Assembly (NCBI GenBank): GCA_021613535.1
Contig: CP075494.1
Span: 186,001-250,000 of the forward strand
From: Adineta vaga
Taxonomy: Eukaryota > Animalia > Rotifera
Length of the DNA: 64,000 nucleotides
Reading direction: 5' to 3'
In this document: positions 1 to 14,303 of the stretch, piece after piece
How positions within the stretch are numbered: position 1 is the stretch's first letter
Layout of the letters: the number at the start of each line of letters is the position of its first letter
Notes under the pieces: model-generated
Told to the model about the DNA's origin: nothing
What the model saw: the letters and a program-made list of their open reading frames with translations, nothing else
The model's database searches: none
Program-made: the position numbers and the translations under genes

Positions 1-1335
1 TATTAACTTTAAATAAATAATATTCTATAGAAAAAAAACATATTGAGGGTATGAGTATTAAAGTGATATGAAGAATCAAACGCAGATTCACACTTTGACC
101 CATCTCCTCAAGATGATTGGTATTTTAAATATAGATTGTCATCTATGAATTTAAATTGCACAATTATAGGATTGATATGTAATATTGATCATTTTTAAAA
201 TGTAGTGTGAAATAATATGCAACATATTCTCCGTGATTTTTGAAAATCAACCATATTAATGAGAAAATATCTCTGCAATTGAAATCAATAGTTCTTAAAT
301 ATTCCATAAAAGTACATAAAACTTGTTTAAATGGAAGTAAATCTCTTAAATATTCTCTTCGACTGTTCATAAACTAAAGCAAAGACTCTCTTCTAATGAT
401 TTTCGATCTACAACGCTATATCAAAAGGATCACCAAGATCTAGTAAAGTCAGATACCTAATACATTTAATACTATCGAGCACTAACAGTAATCCAAACAA
501 ACACGTAATCCAAACAAACACAAAATACAAATCCTCAAAATGTGTCATATGAACCTTAAAATCATTCTTTATTGAATGTATTAAAAAATATACGCTGGAG
601 TAAATGAGTTCTGTATGTTCGCTCATTTAATGTAAAAGAATTAAATCGGCTTACATAATTACCTGGTTTTTTCCTTTCTTTCCTTTGGATTGTGCACAAG
701 TATATTGAAGATATAATGTATTCAATCTATTTTCTTTTCTGAAGTAACAAAAAATAGTGATACTAAGTCTTTTTCTTCCTACGTCTTATTCATATAGTAA
801 TACGATGTAATAAATGAACAAACTAAGACTGCGATGAAGATATAGTGATGATTAATTTCAATCTTGAGAGTGTGTGCATTTAAAGTTCTGACGCATATCC
901 ACGTTTCTTAGAATTCTGAAAACTATCAAAAACAACCACTGGTCAAGACTTAAGATATAAAATTTGTTTACCATAATTATCTATATTATGTAGATTGAAG
1001 CAATTGTCTATCTTAAATGACATGATCCGCGTCATTCTTATTCAATACTCTGATGAAAATAATTCCGCTATAAATAATTGTATCATCATAATATAAACTG
1101 CCGTTTAGAATGTATATGAATTTGATCTCTTTTCAGCAGAGAAAAATAAATCTATTAATAATTTACACTGACATACCTCTGTCATGAAATGTTGTCTTTA
1201 AATGACTCATCCAAAGTGTACGAGAGCGAACAGAAAGTATTTTTACATACGCTCGTTCAGTTTTTTTTCTTCCTATATAAGAATGCGGTGTGTTTCATAG
1301 TGCACAACTATTACAGTAAACAAGACATCGTCAGA

Positions 1336-2241
1336 ATGACAGAGCAAAAACGTGTAATTTTAGTGACTGGAGCAAATAAAGGTATTGGTTTGGAAGTTGT
1401 AAAGAAATTACTTGAACAATCTTCTTTAAATACCAATGATATTATTCTTCTTGGTAGTCGAGATATGAAACGTGGTCAAGATGCAATTCAACAATTAGGT
1501 TCTCCACCAAATGTACATTTATTACAATTGGATACATCATCAAAAGAAAGTATTATTGCTGCTACCAATGAAATTAAACAAAAATATAATGGTCATTTAG
1601 ATATATTAATTAATAATGCTGCAATTGCACCAAGAGAGAATACAATTGAAGCAACACGAACAGCATTTGCAACTAATTATTATGGTATTAAAATGCTTAA
1701 TGAACATTTAATTCCATTAATAGGTAAGAATGGTCGTATTGTTAATGTTGCTAGTACTGTTGGTCAAATGGTAGCATATCTTTTTTCAAAAGAACTTCAA
1801 GAAAAATATACATCACCAACATTAACAACACAAGAACTCGATGGTATTGTTGAAGATTTCCTTTCAGCATTCGAATCTCACAATTCTGAACGTATTGGAT
1901 ATTCTTCTGAAATACCTTTTCCAGCCTATACTATTTCAAAAACTGCATTGATTGCTCTTACTCGAAGTCAAGCACGTAAATATTTTAATGATAAATCTGT
2001 ATTTATTTATGCTGTATGTCCTGGTTTTTGTGCCACTGATCTTAATAATCATGCTGATGGAGCTCGATCAGCATCACTTGGTGCCGATTCTATTCTCTAT
2101 CTGATTAATACACCAACAAATGAATTAGAAAATGGTGCATTCTATCTAGATGGTAAAAAACTACCACAAATCTGTGACAATGAAGCTCAAGTAAAAGCAT
2201 TTGTCGAACACTCTAAGACATTATTGAAATCAAAACAATAA
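1336..2241 (+). CDS. Short-chain dehydrogenase/reductase, carbonyl-reductase-like
   Basis: TGANKGIG Rossmann motif, NNAA, YTISK catalytic YxxxK, VCPGFCATDL. Likely start is MTEQK at 1336, downstream of TATATAA (~1275). Confidence 0.92.
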   Translation: MTEQKRVILVTGANKGIGLEVVKKLLEQSSLNTNDIILLGSRDMKRGQDAIQQLGSPPNVHLLQLDTSSKESIIAATNEIKQKYNGHLDILINNAAIAPRENTIEATRTAFATNYYGIKMLNEHLIPLIGKNGRIVNVASTVGQMVAYLFSKELQEKYTSPTLTTQELDGIVEDFLSAFESHNSERIGYSSEIPFPAYTISKTALIALTRSQARKYFNDKSVFIYAVCPGFCATDLNNHADGARSASLGADSILYLINTPTNELENGAFYLDGKKLPQICDNEAQVKAFVEHSKTLLKSKQ

Positions 2242-2869
2242 TATTTAAGATGTTCATTATAAAATATATTTTGAACAATAGATTTCACGCCGATTAACAT
2301 ATTATTAATACATAATTATTTCTTCAGTATTTTTTACTGGTCATACTGCAAGGCCGTACATGTATTGCTTATTATAATTTTGAAAAACCTATTTAGAATA
2401 AACGTATCAAATCTTGAGGGTATGGGTGTGAGATTAATAGAATAGTTACACCCTTACCCTCGACCAAACGCTGAATATAATAAAACATAGTCATTGATCA
2501 CTTGATGTTACCCTATTCGTGCTATTCAAGTGTAGAAGAAAATATGAAAAAACAGAATGTTGTTTAATCGATTGAACTTAAAAAAACGATTTTAATGATT
2601 AGACTATTTACAAATTTGATTAAAATCAGATTTTTTCTGGCATTTTGTTTACATAAATAAAGAACGTGATAATACATTTTAAAAAATGTTCGATAAATAT
2701 CAGATCTTCTTGATTAACTGTGAGCAGTAAAGCAGATATACAATAGTTCGAATAGATTATGAGATTAATGAATGGAACCACTGGAATGAAAGATATAGGT
2801 ATAAGGAAAAATTATCCATAATTCGTTCATCATTTTGTTGATCAGATCCTGGCAGAGTTATTTTGTGCA

Positions 2870-3468
2870 TTGTTGAATTACATATAATGTTAATTTTATT
2901 TATTTCAATATAATTCGTCAAAGATTTTCGATTTCAAATGTTCCCATGATTGTTTCACTTGGTATAGATAAACAAGTTTATTTATATACGTTCTTTGAGA
3001 GTAATATCTTTTCGATTTTGATCACCGAAGATACTTGATTCTAATAATAATAGATTATTTAATGAAATGGTTTTCGATTATCGATTGTTGACTCATACTA
3101 AACATAATGAGTATAGAATTATCTATTCAAAAAAATCCTTACAGGTATCCATATTCATATAGTATCTCAATTGAATGAAAAGTATTTGTTTTATATTTTA
3201 GAAAACAAAGATTAGAAAATATGCAATCAGTTACATAATATCATTTATGCAGAAGAACAAAGAAAATTTTTCAAATCAGTTCATCATCTTGAGATAAGAA
3301 ATGAAGAGGCAATAAAGAAATGTTACTAAACTCACACTTGAAGATGGATTTTCTGCGAATTCTTGTCAATCGATTCCAATCCATATAATTCGTATTTTAC
3401 CTTTAAATCAATTACAAAGATTGATTATCACATGTGATCGTTTATCTCTTTTAAAAATGATTGAATTC
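2870..3468 (+). pseudogene. Degraded F-box/LRR-like gene fragment
   Basis: Broken frames resembling the C-terminal parts of the F-box-like genes later in the window (WFFDY, YPYSY, RILPLNQLQRLIITCDRLS). Confidence 0.45.
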
Positions 3469-4079
3469 TAGGATGTGGGTGTGGGTTAAGAAGATATACC
3501 CACACCCATACCCGATACGGACTCTAAAGAGGAAATACAATGATTAACTTGTTATGACAATTTCTTTAATAGATGTTCTCGTATCTTTCAAAATATGATC
3601 AATAAATTCATTTAATTAACAATTTATCTTAAATTCTGAATAATAAGCAAATTTTCGAATTAATACAATAGATACGATTTGATCATAAATGCTTTTTCTT
3701 TATAGTTTAATGATAAAATCTACTATTGGTTTATTTTTATAAATTATGAAACAAACGAAGTGTAATATTTCATTTAATTAAAACATTTTTTCTTTTATGT
3801 ACGTGTTTTTTTCAAAGTCAAGTAAAAAAATGAACTTATATTCTCTTTTAGATAAAAACCATAATTTGACACGTATTATATGTCGTTGACTTTTTTTTTA
3901 AACAAAAATATGACAAGATAAATAAGTTAAATATAAACTTTTTCTATTTTGTTTTATCTAACTTCAATTATTCTTAATTTATTCGTATAGAAAAACTCTA
4001 ATATAGATTTAATGATTACAATTATTATGATAATAATCACAATAAACTTATTGTTTTACTAATATTATAAAGATTGAAT

Positions 4080-5042
4080 ATGTCATTGTTATATATTACT
4101 CAACAATTGACTATTTATATTGGTATTTTTCTTTTAATCATTGGTGTAATTGGAAATGGAATTAATATTTTAGTATTTTTAAAAGTTCGAACATATCGTC
4201 AAACACCTTGTACATTTTATTATCTCATTGGTTCAATGTCAAATATGTTCTATATATTATTGAATATAACTGTTCGTATTCTAAGTGTAGGTTTTAATAT
4301 TGAAGTTACGAATACATCAACTGTCTGGTGTAAAATTCGACAATATTTTCTTGTTTTTCCCGGTATTTTATCAATGCAATGTTCATGTTTAGCTGCAATT
4401 GATCAATTTTTAGTTACATCAAAGAGTATTTATCTTCGATCTTGGAGTCAAATATATCGAGCTCATCGAATTTTGATTATTGTTACTATATTTTGGTGTC
4501 TTCATGGAATTCCTATTCTTATCTTTTTTGAAATTATACCTTCGAATAAAACTTGTTCAAATACAAATTCTATTTATGTTTATTATATAATATTTTATTT
4601 ACTTGGTATTATTTGTGGAATACCAATATCTGTAATGATTTTATTTGGTTATTTAACTTATCGTAATATTCATCAAACATTATGTTTGGCTGAATTACAA
4701 ATAGATCGTCAATTAATACGAATGACTTATACTCATGTTATACTTACAACAATTAGTTTACTTCCTTATGGACTTTTTCAAACGTATAGTTTTCTAACAA
4801 AAATTATTCCTAAAAATACAGATCGTCAATTAATAGAGAATTTATTCTTTACAATTCTTGTTTTGTCAACATATTTATATTTTGTTGTATGTTTATAGTT
4901 TTTTCTTTTATTATTTAATAATTTAAATTTGTTTTTTTAGGGAAGTTGTTATACATTTTTAGTTTCATCAAGACGTTTTCGTCAAAGAGTTAGAAATATC
5001 ATCTGTTCATGTCGACCACAAGTTCAAATACATCCACATTAA
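4080..5042 (+). CDS. Rhodopsin-like 7TM GPCR, 2 exons (intron 4887-4940)
   Basis: GVIGNGIN in TM1, WCKIR, CLAAIDQF in TM3. GTATGT...TTTAG intron restores TM7/helix 8 (GSCYTFLVSSRRFRQRV...). Confidence 0.88.
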
Positions 5043-5416
5043 GATTTATTCTAAGAGTATGAACTAACGTATATTTTAGTTGTGTTTACAATTGAAAATT
5101 CAATTATCTATATGATTGAATACCTTTTAAAACAGAATGTTCGTGTTACTTTCATTTTTCTAAAAGAATTCGTAACAAGTTGACAACCTCAATCTTGAAT
5201 AAAACAAATTATTTCATTTAATCAAATCGAAAATGAAAGAAATCGATCAATATATTCATTCATTTACACGATAGCTTTTTATTTTTGACAAAACTATAGT
5301 ATAGAGGGTCGGTGTGCATGTGAGATTTTTTTGTCTTCTCTCACTCTCATCTATAGTTACACCCACATCCTCAAACATTCTTATTAACTGTGGATCATCC
5401 AAAAATCTCATGTAGA

Positions 5417-6225
5417 TTACTTTAATCTTTTACATAATTTCGTTTTAATATAAATTAAGAATCTTCCAAAATAAGATATTTCCCAAAAATGTTCCATATA
5501 CAATTTTGATGGTAAAATTGTTGTTAAAAATGGAATAATTAGAACTAAATCTAAAAGGAATTCAAGTATGGTTATTAATTTTCCAATAACAAAATTATCC
5601 GCTGATGAACAAGTAACAATTTGAGTTAAGATAAAATATGGCATTATACATAATGTAAATACTAATGGTAACTAAAAGAAATCTTGATGATTATAGATAA
5701 TTAGTTGTATTGAAGAAAATAATGTCTCATTATGATTTGTGAAATATAATCAATGTTGAATAAGATGATGTAAAATTCAAGTGACAAAAATTAATTGAAG
5801 TATTTTCTTTTTTTGCACCAAAAATATTTATTAAAGTATTAATAATTAGTATTATAATAAATAATAAAATATATGAAATAATTTTTTGTTATACGAATCT
5901 TTATACTGAACACAAGTATTTGAACCATTAAACAATTTAAAATAAAAGCTAGAATTGAAATAATCAATCCAACTATTGTTTCAATCATTTGATGATTTGA
6001 AAAACGTTTATCATCTCCTATACTCAGATACCAAAGATTTTGAGAATATTTTTCTATTTCACAAACAGAACCTTTATAACATCGTGGACAAATACAAGTG
6101 AAATTACTGATGAATAAATTGAATAGAAAACATTGACCATTATTTTGACAAATGTTACTTACACACGATAAAGAATAAGTTGTGTTTAATATATTTATTA
6201 TAAAGAATTTTGAATTAAGATCCAT
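5417..6225 (-). pseudogene. EGF-domain/7TM receptor gene, frameshifted or fragmented
   Basis: EGF motif CQNNGQC...CICPRCYKGSVCE followed by hydrophobic TM segments split over several frames. Confidence 0.5.
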
Positions 6226-6533
6226 TCTTTTTATATGTATATCTTTCAGTTTAAAAAAAAAGAATAGTCATATAGTTGTAAAGAAAAAAGGAAGTAGTAT
6301 GAATGAATCATTTATAAAGATGAACCTAAAAACAGTAAACTATACTGAAAAGGTATCAATCATACATGATTGTATAGAAAAAGAAACATGATACACAATG
6401 AAAGATTAGGAAAAAATATATATTTGCCATAGACTGATTAAAATAAAACATTGACATTCAATTATATACAAAGAAAAAGGTATTTCTTAATTGCAGACAT
6501 TATAGCTCAAAAACAGAAAAAAATTTTGAATTA

Positions 6534-7331
6534 CGCAGGTCGAAAAATCCGGCCCAGCATCTTCCCGGAATTTCATGAAAGCAGTATTCCAGATCGGAAT
6601 TCCTCGGACAAAATCCGTTCGTTTCCGATCACATCCTCACGGAAATCATCGGAAACGCAAAGAAAATCAGCGGATCCTGGACAGGTTTTCCGCATTATTC
6701 CAATCATTTTTTCCTTTACTAATTGCATCATTATCCATCAAAAGCACTTTGAACTCCCATCTACACCCATGCTATTTTACCTAGCATGGTTTAGCCGAAT
6801 TCAGTCATGGATTATTCCGAGGATTAAAATCGGATTTTTAATTCGCTCAAAAGACCTATAAAAAAATCGCTGAGGACGGTTATTTTAGCCGGATTTTGTC
6901 GGAAGTTTTTGGTACCGTATGTATCCGGTTGCTCGGTTGCCGTCGGTTCTAGCTTTGGAAACCATTTGAATTTTCGTGGTTTTTGGTGGAAAATGCAGGA
7001 ATTTGAGGGAGTATTCCGATAAATTGGGATCCGGATGATTCCGTTTTGTTTTTCCTTGCGTTTCCTGTGTGATACGATAAGTGGGGAAAATGTTTATGAT
7101 TTTGTTTTTTTTGGATATTGACGGTTATGATGGGATCCATTCGGGAAGCCATGATGGGTTTTGTTCGGAAGTGGCCGGATCCTTGTCCAGCTTTTTCTGG
7201 TCTGCAACACTGCTTCCATTCTCTTGTGATTTTCCGGTTGGATATGATTGGGACTGGTCGGAAGGCTCCGGAAATGGCATGCTTTCCTGCGGGTTCCTGT
7301 CGGATCCAGAGGCCGGAACGTCCGTCCTGGT
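6534..7331. mobile_element. GC-richer MITE-like insertion with degenerate TIRs and CCGGA/GGATCC-rich interior
   Basis: Left CGCAGGTCGAAAAATCCGGC versus reverse complement of right ACCAGGACGGACGTTCCGGC; TA flanks; sharp compositional shift. Confidence 0.45.
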
Positions 7332-8195
7332 TATATCAAGGAAGCATTTGGCAAGTTCAAGTCTCGAGAATGAAATGTTCAGCCTAATATTCTCTATCAA
7401 TGACAATAATATTCAACTTCAAATTAGGAACGGTATGTGCTATAAAATCTATATGACGAAATAATTAATTAAATAATTAGATTATTATGAAATGATATCG
7501 AGACATCCTTTTTATGTCATTTCAGTATGTATACAATATTATATTATCCGACACATCTACCAGAATTTCAATTATTATTATTATTTTTATTAAGTCCACT
7601 AGAGAGATATGATCAACATGTATTCAATTAAATAATTCAATGATATTGAAAATGAAAAATGTATATTGAAGAAAGATATTTAAAACTGAATTAAAATAAT
7701 TTTAACAAAAAACAAACAAAATAAAAATATCTTTATTCTTAGATGAAGATAAATGATACGCACGTATTACAAAAAAGTAAACTATCTAATACAAGAATGA
7801 TAAGCTGTACAACCGCACACAAAAGCAGGAGAAAAACAAAACGAAAAAAAATTAATTATTACTATTTGTGATAGTGATATTAACGAATTATTGTGGTTTT
7901 TTCTCGACGATACATCGAGTGTTACACCAGCACGATCGTTATAAACAACGATGGTTGTCGCCCACTGTTCATTTTGCCGTTGATTATTTCCAGCAGTTGT
8001 TAGTGTCGGTGATCGTGGTACTAGTGGTAGACCAAGTGCACCTCGTTTACTTATATGTAAACGAGTGAAACGATTCGATGACTCTTAGTCTTTATCTCTT
8101 TTTTTTCTCTCTTAATTCTTTCCCTCGGTATTTTTACCAGAAAAAAGATACCGTTTTCTCTTCCTACAAAAAGATAATATATATATATATATATA

Positions 8196-10367
8196 TGTCG
8201 GAGTTGACTCTTAAATGAATAAGCGTAAACTTTTTATGCACTAATAAATAAGGAATACTTGGTAACTCGTGGATAGTTTTTGTTTTAATTTAACAAAGTA
8301 TTATTTGTTATCTATCGATTCATCATCATATTCGATAATGAAGGAAGCTTTTTACGAAAAACTGGAAGTTTTTTTGAATGATTTGGATGCTAAAAGACAA
8401 GAAAAGTATTTGATAAAAACTGAAACATATGAAAAAATTCTTCAAGAACTTACAACTGAAACGAAACTCGATGCTCAATTTAAATTTTGGGCTAAAAAAC
8501 GTTTTTCTGCTGTTAAAATTAATGGTCAATTTGTCGTACATTCAATCAAAGAGAAATTACCGGTCGTGAAATACGAAAATCTATTTGAAACTGTTCATGA
8601 ATGTCATTTATCGGTTGGGCATATGGGACGTGACAAAACCTGGCATGAAGTAGATCATCCTTAATTTGTTTTGTTTTCTAAAATATGTATTTGAAATTAA
8701 GGTTAAACGACGATATGCTCAAATACCACTTGAATTAATTAAATTATATATTAGTTTATGTGACGAATGTACAACAAGAAAAACCTTTCCTAAACCAATT
8801 ATTGGAAAGCCAATAATATCTATTGGTTTTATGACGAGGTTACAAATTGACCTCATCGATATGAGAAGTACTGAATTCAATAATTATAAATGGATATTCC
8901 ATGGCAAGGACTATTTCACCAAGTATTCCTGGTTGCATCCGATGGAATCTAAAGAAGCTATCAATGTAGCAAATATATTAAAGTCAATCTTCTATCCATT
9001 TGGACCGCCAAGAATCCTTCAGTCCGACAATAGCCATGAATTCACGGCAAAAGTGATCACGGATTTAACAAAGATTTGGCCAGGTTTAACAATAATTAAT
9101 GGGCGTTCGCGACATCCACCATCGGAAGGTTTAGTTGAAAGAGGAAACTCTGTTGTTCAGCAAATACTTGGCAAATGGCTAAGCACAAATAATTCGTCAG
9201 ATTGGCCGTCTGCACTTGGTCCAGTGATGCTGGCAATTAATACTAGCATAGCAAAAAGTATCCACAAAACCCCTTATGAAGTTGTTTTTGGCCAAGTTCC
9301 ACGTGCACACGATGATATATGGAAGTCCATTTTTACTCAACAACACGGTAATGCTAATGAAATTATTTTAGAAGAAAAGTTACCTGATGAAATTGCAAAC
9401 TCAATTAAAGAAACTCACGATGGAAGTGATGAATTAATTACTCCTGAAAGTAATGATTATAATGATTCATCAAATGTAAATGAAGAAATAATTAATGTTG
9501 AACATCAAACTATGGACCAATGCAGTAATAATGTAGATCAAGAAGTTGATGTTGATCATGAAGAATGTGTTGATGGAAATAAGTCAGTTATTGATGATGC
9601 TGATTTAAATCTCCATTTGAAGCCGAATGATAGGCATCGACGTGTTAGAGAAGAAGCTGAAGAATCATATCTCAAAAATGCACAATCACAATTAGTTAAA
9701 TTTAAAATGAATTTAGCTAAACGACAACGAACATATGCTATTGGTGATATTGTTGGTTTAAAAGTTTCAGACGTTGATCGTACAAACACTTCATCTACAA
9801 TTTTACCTTGTAAAATAGTTGACAAATCTCTCCATGATGATCAAATAATGTATACAGTTGCTACTGTAAACGGTATTATAAAAGAACGATTTGATCATAT
9901 GTCATTTTTGGATCTTACCACATCCAACTTTGCATCATTACGTTCTCTTAGTACTGATCAATTACGAGCAATTAGTTTTATTCAAGCTAGTCAAATTTAT
10001 ACAAATTTTAAATCACTAGAAACTTACAAGTGTTCCGGCAATTGTAGCACGAATCGGTGTTATTGTAAGAAAAATAATCGAAAATGCTGTACGAAATGTC
10101 ACCGCGATAATCATTCAAAATGTAAAAATTGCTAGATTTTCCTTTATATTTATCAACAGTAGATTATAGATTTTTTTTGTTTACTATAGTTGTTTTCTTT
10201 CATTAGTTTGCTTTATTTCTATCTCATCTACTCAATAAAATACTATTTATGATATCGAAAAAAGTTTACGATTATTCATTTAAGAGTCAACTAGCTTCAT
10301 CCTAGTTGATTCTAAAATCAACTAGTTGCCTTTTAAAGACAACCAGATTTTAGAGTCAACTCCGACA
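8196..10367 (+). mobile_element. Ginger-type (integrase-like) DNA transposon, TGT...ACA ends, TATA TSD
   Basis: TIR TGTCGGAGTTGACTCT (8196) / AGAGTCAACTCCGACA (10367); 4-bp TATA on both sides, within a (TA)n run. Confidence 0.88.
8338..10135 (+). CDS. rve integrase-type transposase (KRBA2/Ginger-like), intron 8650-8701
   Basis: H2C2 motif (CHLSVGHMGRDKT...CDEC), DDE core LQIDLID / QSDNSHEF / GLVERGN, C-terminal Cys-rich CXC-like domain. A 52-nt GT-AG intron joins the two ORFs in frame. Confidence 0.88.
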
Positions 10368-11931
10368 TATACATATGCTTCGGCTTATACGTGATTTCTA
10401 TCTATTGAATGTATAAAAATCGTATAAATATAAATATTTATTTCTTGCAGTCCACGACATATTTATGTTGAAAAGTCAATTAATATATTTGGTTTATAAA
10501 AAGAAATCGTTTTCCGCAATATGCATACATTCATTACCAAGCAACGTCTATAGTAAGAACCAGTTTTTAACCACTACTTATACAGTTTTAGGATCACAAT
10601 AATCCGCTTGAACTGCTTTTGAATTATCAATACTTAGTAAATCTATACTGTTAAACAAGCCACACTACAAAAAAAAACAGTATGATTCCAAAAACTACAC
10701 AGAAACATTAATCAACTGATTCAATACAATGCATCAAAACACTACTCATATAAAAATCAAACTCATTGAAACCCCATATCAACCCAACAGCAGAAAATGG
10801 TTCTAAACATATCCATTCATCACAACTATATGCAATATCTCCATTAACCTTTGAAATTGCGTCGTTCAAATCCAGCAATCTTCACTTGATTGAAACTGTT
10901 TAAATTTAATTGATTTCGACTTTTTTTAAGTTAAGATTAGCTAAATATAATCAATTTTGAACAAGAAACCATCTGATGAGAACTGCAGCGGATTCGAAAC
11001 TCATCATGGCTGCTAATAAACCCACACCCTCACTCTTATCAGTACACATCCTTCTATTGCAAGACAAGTAGATTGTACTTGTCTTTTCTTCAAGAGATAG
11101 GTCAATCTGTTTTTCGATTGCCATCACAGCTTTGTGTTTATCTTATAGATAAAGTTTTATACTAATATATCTCTATAATTAAGACACAACAGCTGATGTG
11201 TCGGTGTCCTTTAGGCAATGTTACCAAAAACTTGTCATGTCCGTTGAGTAGTCCAAGAAAATGCACAGAGATGTCAAACGAAGTAGGGCAACTGCTAATT
11301 TAAGCAATTGATGTCGCAAAAGATGGTGATTCTATCATTGAAAGCAGCGAAGACATTTTCAACCATACCAAAACCTATGAGAATTTTCGCCACACCGTCA
11401 GGATAATTTACAGCGCCTACCAAACGGTTGCACGTGACATCGATTAATCTGCTTAGTGGTACGTTCAGTATTTTGCCCCTAGCCGCATCCTTAGGTATGC
11501 AAGCATTTTGTATATAATCGAAGTCTTGTACCCAATGACCTAAACTAAATAAGTAAAAAACACATTTTTTGAAAATACCGCATACGCAGATGATTAATAA
11601 ATTAACTTACGCCGCCTTGATACCTGCTGAGCATACTGTAATGTTTCCTTTGAAGTTGAGGACGGCGTCTTTGAGTTTATCTAGTCGGTCATGCCATTCG
11701 TCTCTTTTTATGTCGAGACACTTGCAAGTGGCATTATTTGTTCTGTCGAAAATCATTCTACAGTCACGTGTTACACTAAACACGCCAGGAATGAAAAACG
11801 TTTAGCAAAAGACACGTATAAAAATCAGCTATATTTATTTAGCTCAACAAAACCAGATTTGTATCGCAGAGATCATCAAGTGCGCCAAATATAGATCGCA
11901 TCTGGAGTCTGCGACGAGCGATTGGATTATA

Positions 11932-12791
11932 CACGGTTAGAAATAATATTATTTCACGAGGGGGAGACGCCGATACATCCAGATAGCCGATACAATGAAT
12001 TTTATATCAAATGAAAACTCGTCAAAAATGGAATTTATTAGTACAAAATAGTGTGGGTTATGAAAATCTTTTTCTTGGATATCTTTACCCGGTTCGATAG
12101 AGTTTGTCGAGCTCTACAAAACTGTACATATTAAAAAAATTAAGTAATTTTTTGTGATAAAAAATTCAAAAAACTACTTGGAAAATGTTAAAATACCTCA
12201 TATTTTTCCTATGGAAGAAAAAAAATCTGATTATTCAATAAAAATAGCTTGTGTTAATTATTTTTACTTTTTCAGGCGTTTTGAAATGTACTCGTTTGAT
12301 GCAGCTTTTTACGCAGTAGCAAAAGAATATATTTTCAAACATCTTCAATAACAGTACTAATGGAAAACAGCTGAATTTATTGTAAAAAAAGACCACTTTT
12401 TTTGTCTATAAAAAAGTGTAAAAATGGTGGAATTTTCGCTATACTCTTTAGACAGTTTTTAGGAAATTTGAACCCAAGAACCTTATTTAAGAAATTTTTA
12501 ATATACACAGCTTTGCGAAGCTCGACAAGCTCTATAGAATCAGGTAGAAATCGCCAAGAACCAATATTTTACTTGATTTTTCAATATCTAGTATCTTAAT
12601 TTTCTATCCTCGAAAAAGTATAAAATTTCTGAAAGTCTTATAAGTTCAACATTAACAGATTTTCATAAAACAAACTATTTAGTACCAATAAACTCCAGTT
12701 TTGATCAGCTTTCATTTGATATAAAATTCATTATGTCTTCTATTTGAAATTGTAGCCGTGCCTCTCTAGTATAATATTATTTTCCACCGTG
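11932..12791. mobile_element. Foldback MITE with long imperfect TIRs (Tc1/mariner-like, CACGG ends)
   Basis: ACACGGTTAGAAATAATATTAT...ATGAATTTTATATCAAATGAAA mirrored at 12660-12791; internal arms also match. Confidence 0.75.
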
Positions 12792-13141
12792 TTTTTAGCT
12801 ATAGAAAGTAAAGGTGTCGTATTCATGTTAGTTTCAGTTAAGTTAGCCAGCGAGTGCCACTGCTAATTTAGTAAGTTTGTCGTCAGTACGAACTTCCAAC
12901 TTAAGAAGAAGCGCCTTTAGAAATATTTTTTTTACTTTTTTCGTCAGATTTCAACCAAAATTTGAGAGAACATTAGTCTTGATTAGAATAGATTGTGGTT
13001 TACATATCTCACTAAATCTCCAAGATACACAACAGTTTAGTCAATTAATTGGTCAAAAACACTCGTTACGCTGGGAACGTTTTCAAAATGAGGATATGAG
13101 TTAAACATGCTGGTTTAGTTTTTAAGTTCCAGCGTACACTT

Positions 13142-13640
13142 ACAATGGAGGTGTTTGCGTTGTCGGTTACAAATTCGAATAAAGCTCAGTGAAAATTATC
13201 ATAAAAGTGCCCAAACTCATAAACACAAAATATTATTGGCCATTGACAAGTCTGTACAGAGTTATGATTGTTTTACTGGATTTTCGATCTCTGACTAGGC
13301 ATACACGAATGAATCGAATTACGGAATTTCAACCCAAAAAGAGCATTTTCAAAATCTGATTTCTCAACAAGAAAACACTCTATTTTGGGTTGAAATTTTT
13401 AGACCATTCTAACGCCTATGAGACTTACCTGTGGGAAAAAATTCAGATTGAAATTCCGTAATTCGATTCATTCGTGTATATGTCTAGTCATATATCGAAA
13501 ATCCAGTAAAACAATCATAACTCTGTACAGACTTGTCAGTGGCCAATAATATTTTGTGTTTATGAGTTTGGGCCCTGTTGTGATAATTTGCACTGAGTTT
13601 TATTCGAATTTGTAACTGACAACATAAACATCTCCATTGT
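13142..13640. mobile_element. Foldback MITE with ~190-bp near-perfect arms
   Basis: ACAATGGAG...GGAATTTCAA is the reverse complement of TTGAAATTCC...CTCCATTGT. Confidence 0.85.
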
Positions 13641-13999
13641 CCCATCAGTAGTTTTCGCTTTTTCTCTAGTTATTTTCGAATGCTACTATTTTCTCAAAGC
13701 TCCATTCACATTGGAAGGTCGAATTAGACAACTCATGTACATACATTCAAAGATTACACGGAGTCCATGTCGATCATGCGAATGAGCTAATAAAAGTAAT
13801 GTGAAACTTCCTCTGCAAGTTAGTACTTAGTGCCAAACTAACGTCAATGTGACACCCCTAGCAGAAACCAAAAGAGGCACTATATATTCGCTACATTTTT
13901 GTGAAATTTTGTGTCGTACGCATGGTCTGAGCGAGATCGTAGTTCAATAAAAATATTTTACCAGGTATGTGCTTTTCAGCTGAACTGTTTTACGTGACT

Positions 14000-14303
14000 A
14001 GGGTTGTTTTGGAAAGGGCGTCATCTCGCTTTGGAATTTTTTTCACCTCCTCCCCATGGTCACTTTTTAGCAACTTTTCTAATTATCGTGACATTTCTCT
14101 CATGCCACTGAACAATCTCGTTCATTTATACGTTCTTTAATCCTTAATTCACATTCATCGAAACAGTTCTATCCTCTACCGAAAAGTAGCGAAATTGGCA
14201 CCATTTCAAGACCACCCCGACACCCATCTAAGTCACCGTTAATGACTTTCCTCACCGTCCCCTCGTACCCTCTAATGCATGGCGTCCCTTCCAAACGACC
14301 CCC
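14000..14303. mobile_element. Small MITE, PIF/Harbinger-like ends
   Basis: AGGGTTGTTTTGGAAAGGGCGTCA versus TGGCGTCCCTTCCAAACGACCCC. Confidence 0.5.

Noticed and set aside
1189-1335. N-terminal extension of the SDR ORF
   Set aside because: It contains the TATA box and lacks SDR similarity; the true start is probably 1336.
6451-7464. Several overlapping 67-136 aa ORFs
   Set aside because: They fall in a GC-richer repeat element and show no protein motifs.
11170-11300. Possible short Helitron (TCTCTATAATT start, ...ACTGCTAAT end)
   Set aside because: No clear CTAG terminus or 3' hairpin could be confirmed.
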